A stretch of 64,000 nt of DNA from a virus, in the IMG/VR virus record IMGVR_UViG_3300042534_000747; one strand, written 5' to 3'. Positions within the stretch are counted from its first letter, which is position 1; each line of letters starts with the position of its first letter. Positions 26,627-37,379 of the stretch are shown one piece after another. The translations under genes and the position numbers were made by a program. Under the pieces are notes generated by a model that did no database searches, was not told the origin of the DNA, and was given only the letters and a program-made list of their open reading frames with translations.

Positions 26627-28243
26627 TTATTTATTTTGCCTTAAATAAATAAATGATAAAATTATTATGATGCAATATATAAATATGTTAATTATGACTT
26701 TATAGTTTAATTCAATATCATCAACTTCATCTTCAATGTCAGTTACAGGGGAAGCAGTTGTAAATTCAATTGATAATAAATTCACATCTTCTATTTCTAC
26801 ATTTTTTATTTCTTCTTCAGTGTATGCAGACATATCAAAGTAAAATATTATAAATGCTTCTCCATTTGAATTTACAGAACTTATTTTAACTTTATAATTT
26901 CCTGTTTCAGCATATGATTTTGTAATTTTGTCATTGATGTTGTAAGTTTCTGTAGTTCCATCTCCAAAGTCAATTATGTATTGTTTTATTGGAATTGAAC
27001 CTTCTGATGTTATTATGATGTTGAAGTCAATAGGGTCATAAATTTTTACATTGTAGGATTTCATTGATAATGAAAATTCTGAAGGGAGACTTTTTATTTC
27101 AATTGTTGAAATTATAGTTTGTTCATTACCTTTTGTATCAATTGCTTTTGTAGTTATGTAATATGTTCCTTCTTTAGTATATTTATATGTGATATCTCTG
27201 GATGTGTAAGTGTTGGTTGTTCCATCTCCGAAATCAACTATGTATTTGTCAATTGGATATGAGAATTTTTTCAATAATGAAATAGTTAATTTAATTTCAT
27301 CATTTGCAAATGCAGTTGTTGGAGCTTCAACATTGAATTCAAATACTTCATCATTTACATATATGACATTTTCAAAATCATAAATTGCATATATTATACC
27401 AATGGTTTCAATATTTTTAGGGACTTTTACACGTAATCTAAGGTCATGTTCTCCATTAGTATTGAATGTAAAAGGAATTGAGTTAATGTTGTATTTTGTT
27501 AATTGAATATTTTGTGCTACATCATCTACATATAAAGTGTATGTTACTGGTACTTCTCCTGCAAAATTAGTAGGAGCATTTACTTCTGTATATGATAGTG
27601 TAGTTGGAATGTTCACTGATGCTTCTGAAATTTCTAATTCGTAATTTACAATGCCTTTTGTCACTGTAAATTCTTTTGTAGTTGCTAATGTAGAATCATG
27701 GTATGATTTTATTAGATATCTGCCAAATGGTTGATTTGTGTCTATGGATAAAGTTGCCCATGCCCAATCACGATTAATTTTTACTGTGCCTGAATTATAA
27801 ATTAAAAGGTAAGTTGCAAGTGTATCATCATAGCGATAAATTTCATTTCTTATAGTATGGCTTTCAGGATTATAGAAAAACGAAGTTATTTTGATATTTT
27901 CATATTCAGCATAATTGTATCTTTCACCTGTAATAGTTATTTTAACTCCACTGGATGTACTCATACCACTGAAAGTATCACTACATATAATCATATCACT
28001 TTTTGCTGTTATAGAGCCAAATAGAAGGTTTTTGATATTATAGATTATAGTTTCAAAAAAATTTAAATCTGTATTTTCATCGATAGATAAAGTGAAATCA
28101 TCAGTAGAACCTAATACAGTAGAATTAGATGATTCACATGTGCCAATATTAATAGTTGCTATTAATAAAATTAAGATTAAAAAAATATTTGAAAATTTCA
28201 TTTTATCACCATTATTATATAGTGTATAATTATATTTTAACAC
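26627..28243 (-). CDS. Membrane-anchored PKD-domain surface protein (start probably MKFSN)
   Basis: Two DFGDGT PKD motifs; signal peptide; C-terminal TM. Confidence 0.8.
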   Translation of the reverse strand: MLKYNYTLYNNGDKMKFSNIFLILILLIATINIGTCESSNSTVLGSTDDFTLSIDENTDLNFFETIIYNIKNLLFGSITAKSDMIICSDTFSGMSTSSGVKITITGERYNYAEYENIKITSFFYNPESHTIRNEIYRYDDTLATYLLIYNSGTVKINRDWAWATLSIDTNQPFGRYLIKSYHDSTLATTKEFTVTKGIVNYELEISEASVNIPTTLSYTEVNAPTNFAGEVPVTYTLYVDDVAQNIQLTKYNINSIPFTFNTNGEHDLRLRVKVPKNIETIGIIYAIYDFENVIYVNDEVFEFNVEAPTTAFANDEIKLTISLLKKFSYPIDKYIVDFGDGTTNTYTSRDITYKYTKEGTYYITTKAIDTKGNEQTIISTIEIKSLPSEFSLSMKSYNVKIYDPIDFNIIITSEGSIPIKQYIIDFGDGTTETYNINDKITKSYAETGNYKVKISSVNSNGEAFIIFYFDMSAYTEEEIKNVEIEDVNLLSIEFTTASPVTDIEDEVDDIELNYKVIINIFIYCIIIILSFIYLRQNK

Positions 28244-28276
28244 TATATAAAGATATGGTGAATATGTGAAATTTAA

Positions 28277-29638
28277 TTAACAATTTGGTTTATTGAAATT
28301 TATTTTTTCACTAAATGAATCAATTACTTCTTGATATTTTTTATTCATAGCAATTGCTTCATTCATTATTAATTCTTCATTGTTATAATTTTCTTGTTCA
28401 GAATCTATAACAGTTTTGATTTCTTGCATTTTGGTATTGCAATTTGTAATAATTTCTTCATTCATACTAATCATATCGTTATATTTAGATATTTCAGAAT
28501 TTATTGAATTTATTGCAATTTCAATTGCAGAAAGTGTATTCTCAACTGTAGAATCAAGAGCTATTGTATCACATTCAGTTTTTCCAAAATCAGCTTCAGG
28601 TACTTCAGGTATTTCTATTGCTTCAGGTTCAATAGGTTCAGGTACTTCTTTTTCAGCTTTAGCTACTGCTCTTTTTTCTGCTTTTTCAGCTTTAGCTTTT
28701 GCTTTTTCTTCAGCTTTAGCAATTTTCATTTCTTCAACTTTTTTTGCCTTAGCTTTTGCTTTTTCTTTTAATTGTTCAACTTTCTCTTCTTCAGCAGATT
28801 TTTTATATACACCTACAATTTTATAAGTTAGTTTTTTATAGGGGAATCTTTCTTGTATTGTCTTATGATGGATTGTTTTTTCTAGATTTGCATAATGATT
28901 AGCACATGTTTGCTTTGAATCACTATCAAGTTTCAGACTAATAAAATTTTTAAATAAATTCTTTTCTAAATGATAGTATCTTACATCTTTTTTTGTAACT
29001 TCGTTATAAACAGTGTATGTTCCAAAAACAGGATAATCATTGTAAACTAAATTGTCAAGAACTTGTTCTATTAGTTTTTCGTCACCTTTTTTGAAAATGT
29101 TTTCATTAATTACAATTTTAATGATATGTTCTAATGTTTGACCAGATGCAACCCACCCATTTTCACTGAAATATGCAATCATGTTATATTCTTCAACAAA
29201 CATGGTTGTTCTTTTAGATAAATAATTTTCATTTAGATAATATACATTTGTTCTATTATTGTTTTGCATTTCATTTAGCATATCTAGTGCATTTCTACCA
29301 TCTTGTGTGATGGCATAAAAATAAGAAAATTCACCTGTATACTTTTTTCTGGTTAAATAACCATGTTTACACATGTTTTTGAAAAAAGTATCAACTGAAC
29401 ATGATTTATTATTTAATACAAAATTACGTTGAATTATATCACTTTTTACATACTCAAATTCAGATGAATTGTCTTTCAAATAACTTAATAAATGATGTTC
29501 AGAGGAATTAGGGCGCATAAATCTTAAACAATATAAATTTTTTTCTATTATTAGAGATTTATTTGTTTTCAAAGTTATTTCTTTCATTGCATTCAGGTCT
29601 TTTTCAGTCAATATGACTCTATCTGATAGTTCTACCAT
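28277..29638 (-). CDS. Large protein with N-terminal winged-helix-like region, K/A/E-rich linker and C-terminal coiled coil
   Basis: KNMCKHGYLTRKK..YAITQDGRNAL; KAKAKAKK repeats; heptads. Confidence 0.55.
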   Translation of the reverse strand: MVELSDRVILTEKDLNAMKEITLKTNKSLIIEKNLYCLRFMRPNSSEHHLLSYLKDNSSEFEYVKSDIIQRNFVLNNKSCSVDTFFKNMCKHGYLTRKKYTGEFSYFYAITQDGRNALDMLNEMQNNNRTNVYYLNENYLSKRTTMFVEEYNMIAYFSENGWVASGQTLEHIIKIVINENIFKKGDEKLIEQVLDNLVYNDYPVFGTYTVYNEVTKKDVRYYHLEKNLFKNFISLKLDSDSKQTCANHYANLEKTIHHKTIQERFPYKKLTYKIVGVYKKSAEEEKVEQLKEKAKAKAKKVEEMKIAKAEEKAKAKAEKAEKRAVAKAEKEVPEPIEPEAIEIPEVPEADFGKTECDTIALDSTVENTLSAIEIAINSINSEISKYNDMISMNEEIITNCNTKMQEIKTVIDSEQENYNNEELIMNEAIAMNKKYQEVIDSFSEKINFNKPNC

Positions 29639-29932
29639 AGAGGTAAGTATATGTACTTTATACTATATAAATGATTATGAAAAAAGGATACTATATGAAT
29701 GTTTTTTGCAATATTGTTAATTGATTTATTATTCTTAAAATCAGATTGTTTTAAATATGATGAGTGTCATTGTATGAATTGTGATTTATATGGCTAAAGT
29801 ATATGACATGATACTTGAATATGAAAAATTGGATAAAGATATTGAAATGGCATGTATTGTAAAACAAATGAATAAAGAAGTGCAAACTCTTAAAAATAGA
29901 GTAAGTGTTCTTGAAATGAGAAGTGAAGTTTT

Positions 29933-30730
29933 ATGATTTATTATGTAGAAGGTTTAATGATGCAAAAATTAATTAAAGATATAAATAAATATTTTGATGA
30001 TATTTATGATAATATTGAAAAAGAAGGATGTTGTATTAATAAAAGTGACGTGAATGTTTTGCAGTTTGCATCTATTATGAAGAAGGATGAATCTATTATA
30101 TGTAAAATGTTTGGCAGTTGTGATTTTTTCAAGATTTCTAAAAATGATTATGGAGTGCAGATTGAGCATATTGGAAATGATTATGTAAATACTGTACTTT
30201 GTAAAAATGGAAAAATTTATGATGAAGAATGTTTTACATGTTGGTTTAATTCATTAAGTTTGGGATTTGCTGATTTGATTATTCATTTTGAAGATAAATA
30301 TGTCATGGATGTAGTTAGAGAAAAGAACATTGTTTTGTATGATTTTGAAAATGGCAATGTTGAAATAGAAGATTATTTTGTTAAAAGATTTGAAGAGATT
30401 GGGGAACAAGTTGATATTGTTAAAAATAAGGTTGAATGTATAGAGATTTATAATGAAAAAGTTGGCAATAAAGATAGTTTAATGTTGTCTGATGGTAGTA
30501 TTTTGCAATCTTATTATGAAGATATTGAAACTCCATATGGTGTTTATGTGGTTAATGGTTTTGCAATTGAAACTGTTTTGGGAATTTACAAGTATATAGA
30601 TAGTCCTGTTCAATGTATTGTGTATGAAAAGCATAATGATAAGATTAATGATGTGAAGGAAGATGTAATTTATGGATTTTTGGATTGTTTTGATGATAGT
30701 GAAAAATTTGTGAGTAGTTATAATGTGTGA
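29933..30730 (+). CDS. Acidic hypothetical protein
   Basis: 265-aa open frame. Confidence 0.7.
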   Translation: MIYYVEGLMMQKLIKDINKYFDDIYDNIEKEGCCINKSDVNVLQFASIMKKDESIICKMFGSCDFFKISKNDYGVQIEHIGNDYVNTVLCKNGKIYDEECFTCWFNSLSLGFADLIIHFEDKYVMDVVREKNIVLYDFENGNVEIEDYFVKRFEEIGEQVDIVKNKVECIEIYNEKVGNKDSLMLSDGSILQSYYEDIETPYGVYVVNGFAIETVLGIYKYIDSPVQCIVYEKHNDKINDVKEDVIYGFLDCFDDSEKFVSSYNV

Positions 30731-31202
30731 AATTATTGATGAGATTTTGATTTCTGTTTATAGTGAAATAGAAGGAGAATTTGAGCATGATGTAGATAAT
30801 TATGAAAGTAAACAATTTGTTAATGATTTCTATAATGCATTTAAATATTATTTGAGTTTGGAAAATGCAAATTTCATGATTAGTGGAGATAATGAAAATG
30901 TAAAAACAATGTTTAATTTTGATAAATATTGTTATATTTCATATGTTAAAGATGGAATTTGCTATGAAACAGATGAATTTATTATTGAGATTTATTTGAA
31001 AATGGGAAATGAAAGTTATTATAATCAATTTGATGATTTCAGGTGTGTGGTTAATGGATATGTGAAAGCCGTTGACAGTGGAAAATATGATGAAATTGTT
31101 TGTAGTATTAATTGTAATATTGGAGAGAATTGGTTAAATTTTGCATTGAAATATGATGGTGAAGAACATAGTAGGATTAGTCAATTGGATGTGAGAAATT
31201 AA
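30723..31202 (+). CDS. Probable member of the two-domain G..Y family
   Basis: DFYNAFKYY..NFMISGD resembles 42343..42999. Confidence 0.6.
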   Translation: MCEIIDEILISVYSEIEGEFEHDVDNYESKQFVNDFYNAFKYYLSLENANFMISGDNENVKTMFNFDKYCYISYVKDGICYETDEFIIEIYLKMGNESYYNQFDDFRCVVNGYVKAVDSGKYDEIVCSINCNIGENWLNFALKYDGEEHSRISQLDVRN

Positions 31203-31597
31203 TGGATTATTCAGTGTTGATACCATTGATAATTTTTTTGGCAACTATTTTGTTGAGTAATTTGAATGATTTGAATAGGGTAGTTTTTAGGTATAATGAT
31301 AAGTATTTTAGGTATAATGAATTGGTTATCAAGGCAAATGAAAAAGGTGCAATGAAGGATAAAGTAATTGTTAGAACAGTGAATGATAATCGTATTAATA
31401 ATGTAATTATTATTGTAGTGGTTTTTTATTCAGTGGCATTGTTTTTGTGTAGTTTGGATGAAGCAATTATGTTGATGTCTTTGTTGATTGCAGGTGGTAT
31501 ATTCATTAGTTATTTAGAATTTGTTAAAATTAATGATAAGATTAGTGAAGTTGAAAAAGAGATTTATAAATTGATGGAAAATTTTAATGTTTATTAA
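31202..31597 (+). CDS. Small 3-TM membrane protein
   Basis: Hydrophobicity pattern. Confidence 0.65.
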   Translation: MDYSVLIPLIIFLATILLSNLNDLNRVVFRYNDKYFRYNELVIKANEKGAMKDKVIVRTVNDNRINNVIIIVVVFYSVALFLCSLDEAIMLMSLLIAGGIFISYLEFVKINDKISEVEKEIYKLMENFNVY

Positions 31598-31610
31598 GGA
31601 TTTGTAAAAT

Positions 31611-31907
31611 ATGGTAAGTAAAAAAGTAACTAACAAGTATAGGGATTGGGTTTATGATTGCAATAGATATTTAATTTTGGCAAAAAGTCATTTGGAAGAT
31701 TCTGATGTAGTGATGGATGAAACATTTTTGGGAAATTATTTGAGCAATCTTGATTATTTTAAAGGTGTTGAAGTTGAAGGTATCAGGGATACTTTGACTA
31801 AAATTAAAAATGAAGATTGGGAAAATGTGACTGAAGAAATGATTGTGAAAGGGCAAGATGTTCTTTTTGAATTGTTGGAAAGCTTGAAATATAGAATGTT
31901 AAAGTAA
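31611..31907 (+). CDS. Hypothetical protein
   Basis: Open frame, RBS. Confidence 0.65.
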   Translation: MVSKKVTNKYRDWVYDCNRYLILAKSHLEDSDVVMDETFLGNYLSNLDYFKGVEVEGIRDTLTKIKNEDWENVTEEMIVKGQDVLFELLESLKYRMLK

Positions 31908-31962
31908 TTTCTTTTCTTTTTTTCAGTTAGTTTTATATAGCATGGATGCCATGTTATGAGTT

Positions 31963-32214
31963 ATGGAAATAAAAAATGTAACAACTGTATTCTTTTTTCC
32001 AACTTTGTTAGTAGGAATTTTGATTATTTTGAAGTTGGGTGAATTTTTAAATATTGATTGGATTGTGGTATTTGCACCATATTTATTTTATTTGGCAGTA
32101 GTTGCAGTACCTTTGACATTTACCTTGATAGCTCTTATTATTATAGCTATTGTAATTGTATTGGTGGGTATTTTGGCATTGATTGGATGGGTATTTACGT
32201 TGATATTGGGGTGA
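31963..32214 (+). CDS. Small hydrophobic membrane protein (LKL..DWxxVFAP pattern)
   Basis: Almost entirely hydrophobic; pattern recalled from small phage membrane proteins. Confidence 0.65.
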   Translation: MEIKNVTTVFFFPTLLVGILIILKLGEFLNIDWIVVFAPYLFYLAVVAVPLTFTLIALIIIAIVIVLVGILALIGWVFTLILG

Positions 32215-32218
32215 AATT

Positions 32219-32713
32219 GTGAAAATAATGGCATTTGGTAGTAAAAATAATAATGCAAAAAATTTGTATTATAAAGATGATTTTAATAGTATTTTTGATT
32301 TCTATTTAAAAATGATTGAAGATTATTATGAAGAAGTATATTTTATGGTGATGGATTCTGATGAAATTGTTTCTAGAATAATAGTTATTGATAATGGAAA
32401 AATGATAGGATTTAGAAAAGTTTTAGATGAATCATTGATGATTTTGAAAAGTGATTGTGAACGTAAATATGATAATTTATGTATTGTTGTAACTGGTTAT
32501 GATGAAATGCATGATAATTTAATTTCTGAAAAATTTTATGATTTTGAAAAAGCAATAAAGCATTATATGATATTAAAAAGTGAAATGTTTGATAGAGTTG
32601 TAATTAAAATTATGGATGAAAAATACAATTTTGTTTTTAATATTGAATGTGATAAGCAAACTGGAAATGAAACTTTTGGATTTAAAAAATTAGATAATGA
32701 ATTAGATTTTTAA
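32219..32713 (+). CDS. Two-domain G..Y family protein
   Basis: FGSKNNN and IVVTGYD..FEKAIKHY repeats. Confidence 0.7.
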   Translation: MKIMAFGSKNNNAKNLYYKDDFNSIFDFYLKMIEDYYEEVYFMVMDSDEIVSRIIVIDNGKMIGFRKVLDESLMILKSDCERKYDNLCIVVTGYDEMHDNLISEKFYDFEKAIKHYMILKSEMFDRVVIKIMDEKYNFVFNIECDKQTGNETFGFKKLDNELDF

Positions 32714-32724
32714 GGTGATAAAAA

Positions 32725-32997
32725 ATGGATTGTTTACATTGTGGTGATTGTTGTAAGAGAATGTCACCTATTACGAATGGTGAAGAACCATGTCCTAATC
32801 TGATTGAGTATAAAGGATTTTGGTTTTGTGGTGATTATGAAAATAGACCCTTTGAATGTGAAAATCATAATTTTGTAGCAAGATTTTGTCCTGTAGGATT
32901 AGATGTGTTGCAGGATAAGTTTAGAAGTGTGCAGGATGTTGGTTTTTGGATAGATAAAGCATATGAAATTACTAAAACAGGAGATTTTAAAAAATAA
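32725..32997 (+). CDS. YkgJ/FliB-type cysteine-cluster protein
   Basis: CLHCGDCC..PCPNL..CGDYENRPFEC. Confidence 0.8.
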   Translation: MDCLHCGDCCKRMSPITNGEEPCPNLIEYKGFWFCGDYENRPFECENHNFVARFCPVGLDVLQDKFRSVQDVGFWIDKAYEITKTGDFKK

Positions 32998-33189
32998 AAA
33001 TAATTATTTAATTTTTTTGAGATGGTCTTTTTCTGTTTGGATTTATTGTTGCAGGTTTTCTTTTACGAATTATATTTGTATTGATGGAAAAATGTGTATC
33101 AATCTCTGTGGGTTTTATTAGTTGAATCTGCATAGGTATAATAATGTATTTTATTATATATAAGTGTATGTTAAAAAAAGAAAAATGGG

Positions 33190-33495
33190 TTATTCTATGG
33201 TAATGGTATTTTGTAAATAGCCATTTGTCCATGTTAAAGCTCTATTAGATGGGGGATTGAGTTGAGATATGTCAATACTTTCGTTTGATGAGAATATTAG
33301 ACTAATAGTGTCATAGCACCATTGCTGTTCACTTTCATTGAATGACATGAATTCTGATTGCTTGTAGAATTGTTCAGTTGATACTATTGTTCCTGTATTG
33401 GTTGAAGTGTCTGTAGCAACCATCCCTATTATTCCAATGAATATTGAAGATAGCATAATAAATGCTAAAAATAAACTTATGTGTTTTGTTTTCAT
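33190..33495 (-). CDS. Small secreted protein
   Basis: N-terminal signal peptide. Confidence 0.6.
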   Translation of the reverse strand: MKTKHISLFLAFIMLSSIFIGIIGMVATDTSTNTGTIVSTEQFYKQSEFMSFNESEQQWCYDTISLIFSSNESIDISQLNPPSNRALTWTNGYLQNTITIE

Positions 33496-33600
33496 TTAAT
33501 CGTTCCATAGTAATGTTTAAGTGTATATAAATGTTTTGTTGAATTTTTAGTTAGTTTTATATATGATTAGTGCATTGTATGGTATTGTAGGTGTCAAATT

Positions 33601-34008
33601 ATGATGAATAGAGATGATTTTAAGTTTTTGGTTTGGAATGGAAATGAGTTTGAAAATGGTGAAGAAATTTTCCTTGATTATGAAGCATGTGATGAAGTTA
33701 GAATCATGGTCAATGGTTACTATTTGAATCGTGTAGGTGTAATTAGGTTTACTGGAAAGCAGGATTTTGAAGGTAAAGATATTTATGAAGATTTCATTGT
33801 AAGGTTGGATACTTTTAGAAATTCTGAAGAAAGTAGATTGTTTTTTGTTGTGAAGAAGGGTAATGATGGTAAGTGGATTTTGTGTAGAAGTCTGTATGAA
33901 GATAGAAATTTGAGTGAATATGTGAATAATTGTACTATTATTGGGAATAGGTTTGAGAATCCTGAATTGTATAATGAAATAGTTAATATAAATGAAATGA
34001 TTGAATGA
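33601..34008 (+). CDS. yopX: YopX family protein
   Basis: FKFLVW..FTGKQDFEGKDIYED..IIGNRFENPEL. Confidence 0.85.
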   Translation: MMNRDDFKFLVWNGNEFENGEEIFLDYEACDEVRIMVNGYYLNRVGVIRFTGKQDFEGKDIYEDFIVRLDTFRNSEESRLFFVVKKGNDGKWILCRSLYEDRNLSEYVNNCTIIGNRFENPELYNEIVNINEMIE

Positions 34009-34020
34009 ATATAAGGAGAA

Positions 34021-34713
34021 ATGAAAATGTTTGATATGTTTATATATTTAATTGAAAAATTGGAAAAGATGTATGGTAAGAATGAAAAAATAAATAATGA
34101 TAATATTGAAGAGGAAGAAATTGAATGTAAATTAGATTTTGATGAAAATGATTATAAAAATATAGAGAGGATTAGGGATTTATTAGTTATAATGGAATCC
34201 CATAAAATGAAACATTTTAAAGAATTATCATCTATTAAAGAATGTAAAAAAATTAATAAAGAATCATTTGATAAAATGGTTGAATATAATTATGATTATA
34301 AAAGAATTCGTGATTTAGGTGATAGCACTGTTTTAACTATTAAATGTTTGAAAGAAAAATGTAAATTTTTAGATAATGAAATACATGTAAATAAAGAAAA
34401 GATTAAAAATTTTGAAGAAAGTATAGATGTATCAATTAATAAAATATCTAAATTAGTAAATGATATTTTGGCAATTGAACAATTAAAATCAGTTAATTTT
34501 TGTAATATTAATTATATTATATATAAAAATGTAATAATATATGAAAATAGATATATTGGTCATGAATTTTTAGATAATGAATTAAAACATGAAATTCAAA
34601 AAGGAATGAATATTAGATTCTTAGATAAAAATATGGTTTTGTCTTTTAAATATTTTAATAATTATAGAATAAATATTGCAGAGGGCTACTATGATGGATA
34701 TCCAATTCTTTAA
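34021..34713 (+). CDS. Coiled-coil hypothetical protein
   Basis: GGAG RBS; heptad pattern. Confidence 0.65.
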   Translation: MKMFDMFIYLIEKLEKMYGKNEKINNDNIEEEEIECKLDFDENDYKNIERIRDLLVIMESHKMKHFKELSSIKECKKINKESFDKMVEYNYDYKRIRDLGDSTVLTIKCLKEKCKFLDNEIHVNKEKIKNFEESIDVSINKISKLVNDILAIEQLKSVNFCNINYIIYKNVIIYENRYIGHEFLDNELKHEIQKGMNIRFLDKNMVLSFKYFNNYRINIAEGYYDGYPIL

Positions 34714-34725
34714 TTCTTTTTTTAG

Positions 34726-34764
34726 ATACTTATTTATACTATGAACACCTACTATTACCTTGTA
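34726..34764 (+). promoter_or_regulatory. Cassette promoter identical to 8097-8135 (inverted)
   Basis: 39-bp exact match ATACTTATTTATACTATGAACACCTACTATTACCTTGTA. Confidence 0.8.
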
Positions 34765-34794
34765 AGTCGTGATTATGATAAGATTTTGGGGAAA

Positions 34795-35034
34795 ATGAAA
34801 ATGGAAAATGTGCCTTATGAATTAAAAATAAAAGAAATTGATGGTGTTGAAGAAGTAATTATTAATTGTGGTGTTTGTGGAAAAGATATGATTGTAACAC
34901 TTGATATAGATAGAGCAGAAAAATTACCAGATAAAAATGAAAATGATACTCAGATTTGTTATTTGAAAACTGTTGAAGAAAGTGAAGTTTTGGATGGGAA
35001 AATTGTTTGTATGGAATGTTTTGGAAGGGATTGA
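34795..35034 (+). CDS. Zinc-finger protein (start re-assigned to ATG 34795)
   Basis: CGVC and CMEC; the track start at 34741 lies inside the promoter. Confidence 0.6.
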   Translation: MKMENVPYELKIKEIDGVEEVIINCGVCGKDMIVTLDIDRAEKLPDKNENDTQICYLKTVEESEVLDGKIVCMECFGRD

Positions 35035-35405
35035 ATATGAGTGAAATGTATTTTGATAAGGAAGAAGATGCAGTATTGTATCTTATGAAGATTTTCAATG
35101 ATGGTGTGTATATTGGATGTGTTAAAACTCCTACTGAAGAAACTACATTGAAAGAATTTAAAAAATGGCAATATAGAAATTTAGTTAATATGATTGTGTT
35201 GAATAAAAGTTATATACCACAGATTTTTGAATATGGGAATGTGAATGAATTCTGGAAAATTCCAACTGATGATTTTGTTGATGAGTATCAAGATTTTAGG
35301 AAGTTATTGTTGCTTTTGTTGAATGCAAATTTGATTGATTTTTATGATTTTAAAAATTTGATTATTGAAAAATGTGTAAAGAAAGATAAATTATGTAGTT
35401 GTTAA
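35007..35405 (+). CDS. Hypothetical protein (start probably MSEM ~35037)
   Basis: Open frame. Confidence 0.6.
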   Translation: MYGMFWKGLNMSEMYFDKEEDAVLYLMKIFNDGVYIGCVKTPTEETTLKEFKKWQYRNLVNMIVLNKSYIPQIFEYGNVNEFWKIPTDDFVDEYQDFRKLLLLLLNANLIDFYDFKNLIIEKCVKKDKLCSC

Positions 35406-35481
35406 TGGGTGAATTCATCACTCATCTTTTCTAAAAATCTTTATATACTTTTAAATTTATTTATTGTAAAGGTGAAAATAA

Positions 35482-36009
35482 TTGAATACATATATAATTG
35501 AATTTATAGATTTGGTTGATTATGATAGTATACCTATAGTACAAGAATTTGATGCAGAAAATAATGCAAGTGCTAGATTAGGTTTTAAAAATATGTTTAA
35601 AAAACAAGGATTTATTGAAGGTAAAAATTATAAGATACAATCTATTAAAATTAAAAAGAATGTAATTCCTAAAATAAAAATTGAATATGTTAAACAGACA
35701 AAAAATGGATATAAAAGAGTTATATCAGATAATCCAATTAAACCATTTAAAACATTTATTAGTAGTAAAAGTAGAAATAAAGATTTAATTTATGTTGAAG
35801 TAGAAAATAAAGCAGGTGAAATTTTTGACATGTGTTCTATAATGGGTAAATGGAATGAAACATATGGTGAAACATATGCATATAATTTATTTTTACAACA
35901 GACATATTTAGCAGATTATTTTGAAATATTAAATCCTAATGAAATAGATATTTTAAAATTAAAAGAAGCACCTTTGAGAACTTCACCTTTAAGTGAACAA
36001 TATTTTTAA
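35482..36009 (+). CDS. Basic hypothetical protein
   Basis: AAAGGTGA RBS, TATA upstream. Confidence 0.65.
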   Translation: MNTYIIEFIDLVDYDSIPIVQEFDAENNASARLGFKNMFKKQGFIEGKNYKIQSIKIKKNVIPKIKIEYVKQTKNGYKRVISDNPIKPFKTFISSKSRNKDLIYVEVENKAGEIFDMCSIMGKWNETYGETYAYNLFLQQTYLADYFEILNPNEIDILKLKEAPLRTSPLSEQYF

Positions 36010-36027
36010 TAATTTGGAGTGAAATGA

Positions 36028-36294
36028 ATGGAAGAAGTATATGTAACATATCATCAAAATTTTTATCCAAATTCAGTGATAAATGTTTTTAAGAGTAAAG
36101 TGGCATTGAAAAAATGGTTAGATAAAGAAGGGTTTAGTTTTAAGCTTGATTTCTCTGATAAATGGGGTGGATATTTTGATGAATATGGGTTGGAAATATT
36201 TATAGAAATTAGACCACTGATAACTTCAAATGAAGTGACAAGTAAAATAGTAAATGATAAATTCTATAAAAAATTTTTGAATTATAAAATTTAA
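36028..36294 (+). CDS. Hypothetical protein
   Basis: GGAG RBS. Confidence 0.65.
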   Translation: MEEVYVTYHQNFYPNSVINVFKSKVALKKWLDKEGFSFKLDFSDKWGGYFDEYGLEIFIEIRPLITSNEVTSKIVNDKFYKKFLNYKI

Positions 36295-36306
36295 AAAGGT
36301 GTAAAA

Positions 36307-36519
36307 ATGACAAGAGAAGATTTACGATTTGAAGAATTAAATTCAACTGGAACTATGCATAGGCATTCAAGTCACCCTTATTGGCATCCTATTACAAGAA
36401 TGCATAAAGATGTAAAAACTCCAATGGGTAGAATTTTTGAAGATAGAAACAGAACTGAAAGAGCAAATAAAAAATCAAGTAAAATGATGATTGAACGTAG
36501 TAATAATTTTAGATATTAA
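36307..36519 (+). CDS. Small basic His/Arg-rich protein
   Basis: AAGGTG RBS. Confidence 0.6.
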   Translation: MTREDLRFEELNSTGTMHRHSSHPYWHPITRMHKDVKTPMGRIFEDRNRTERANKKSSKMMIERSNNFRY

Positions 36520-36538
36520 AATAGGAAATTGAATATAA

Positions 36539-37375
36539 ATGAAATTATCTGAAGTAAAAGGCATTGGTGAAGGTACTGAAAAAGATTTGAATAAAATAGG
36601 AATAATGGATATTGAACAATTTAGTAAAACTCCACATGAACAAATATTTTCATCTGGTGTTCCTTCTGGAAAATTGGCAATATTGTATAATTTCGTTGGG
36701 AATAAATGTACAGTTGAACAAGTTGATAATTTAAGAAATGGTATTAATAAAATAGCAGATGCAATTAAAAATGATAAATATATTGGTATGAAATTATGGA
36801 ATAGTCCACATGATACGAAATTATCAACTGTGATAACAATACATAACGGAAGAAATGGATTAGTGTATGAAGTTGGTGATATATCAAAATCACATGGTAA
36901 TTCTTTATATACAAAAGAACAACTTAAATCTTTAATCGAAAATCAAGATAAATATGAAAATATTAGAAAAGCAAATGATGAATTTGATAAAAAACAACAA
37001 GAAGAAGAAAATATTAAATTGTTGAAAAAAGAAGAAGAAGAACGTATTGAGAGAGAATTATATTTACTTGATGATTTTACTGCAAATAAAACATCAATGC
37101 AAAAAGGTAAGATTTTAAAAACTCTTAATGACCAAGTGCGTTATGAAAGTAAATTTACAAATTTCAAAAAAATGATTCACATGCTTGTAGTTGAAAGAGG
37201 TGCTAATCCAAAAATATTTGAACGTGATTATTCTGTAAAAAAATCTGATTATGGTGAAAAATTATCAAAACCAATAAAAGAATATCGTTTATGGTTTGGT
37301 GATGATGGTAATACTTTTGTCACAGTTAATAAAACACAATTTGAATATGCAGAATTTTTAGCAGATAAAAGGTGA
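36539..37375 (+). CDS. Protein with N-terminal helix-hairpin-helix DNA-binding motif
   Basis: LSEVKGIGEGTEKDLNKIGI. Confidence 0.7.
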   Translation: MKLSEVKGIGEGTEKDLNKIGIMDIEQFSKTPHEQIFSSGVPSGKLAILYNFVGNKCTVEQVDNLRNGINKIADAIKNDKYIGMKLWNSPHDTKLSTVITIHNGRNGLVYEVGDISKSHGNSLYTKEQLKSLIENQDKYENIRKANDEFDKKQQEEENIKLLKKEEEERIERELYLLDDFTANKTSMQKGKILKTLNDQVRYESKFTNFKKMIHMLVVERGANPKIFERDYSVKKSDYGEKLSKPIKEYRLWFGDDGNTFVTVNKTQFEYAEFLADKR

Positions 37376-37379
37376 AATA

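Noticed and set aside
25512-28826. Antisense ORFs 25512..25769, 26019..26285, 26289..26648 and 28416..28826 (likewise 493..762, 913..1104, 63296..63523 and similar)
   Set aside because: Shadow frames of well-supported genes on the opposite strand, with no RBS or family features
34741-34794. ORF-track N-terminus MNTYYYLVSR
   Set aside because: These bases are the 39-bp duplicated promoter; ATG 34795 is the likelier start
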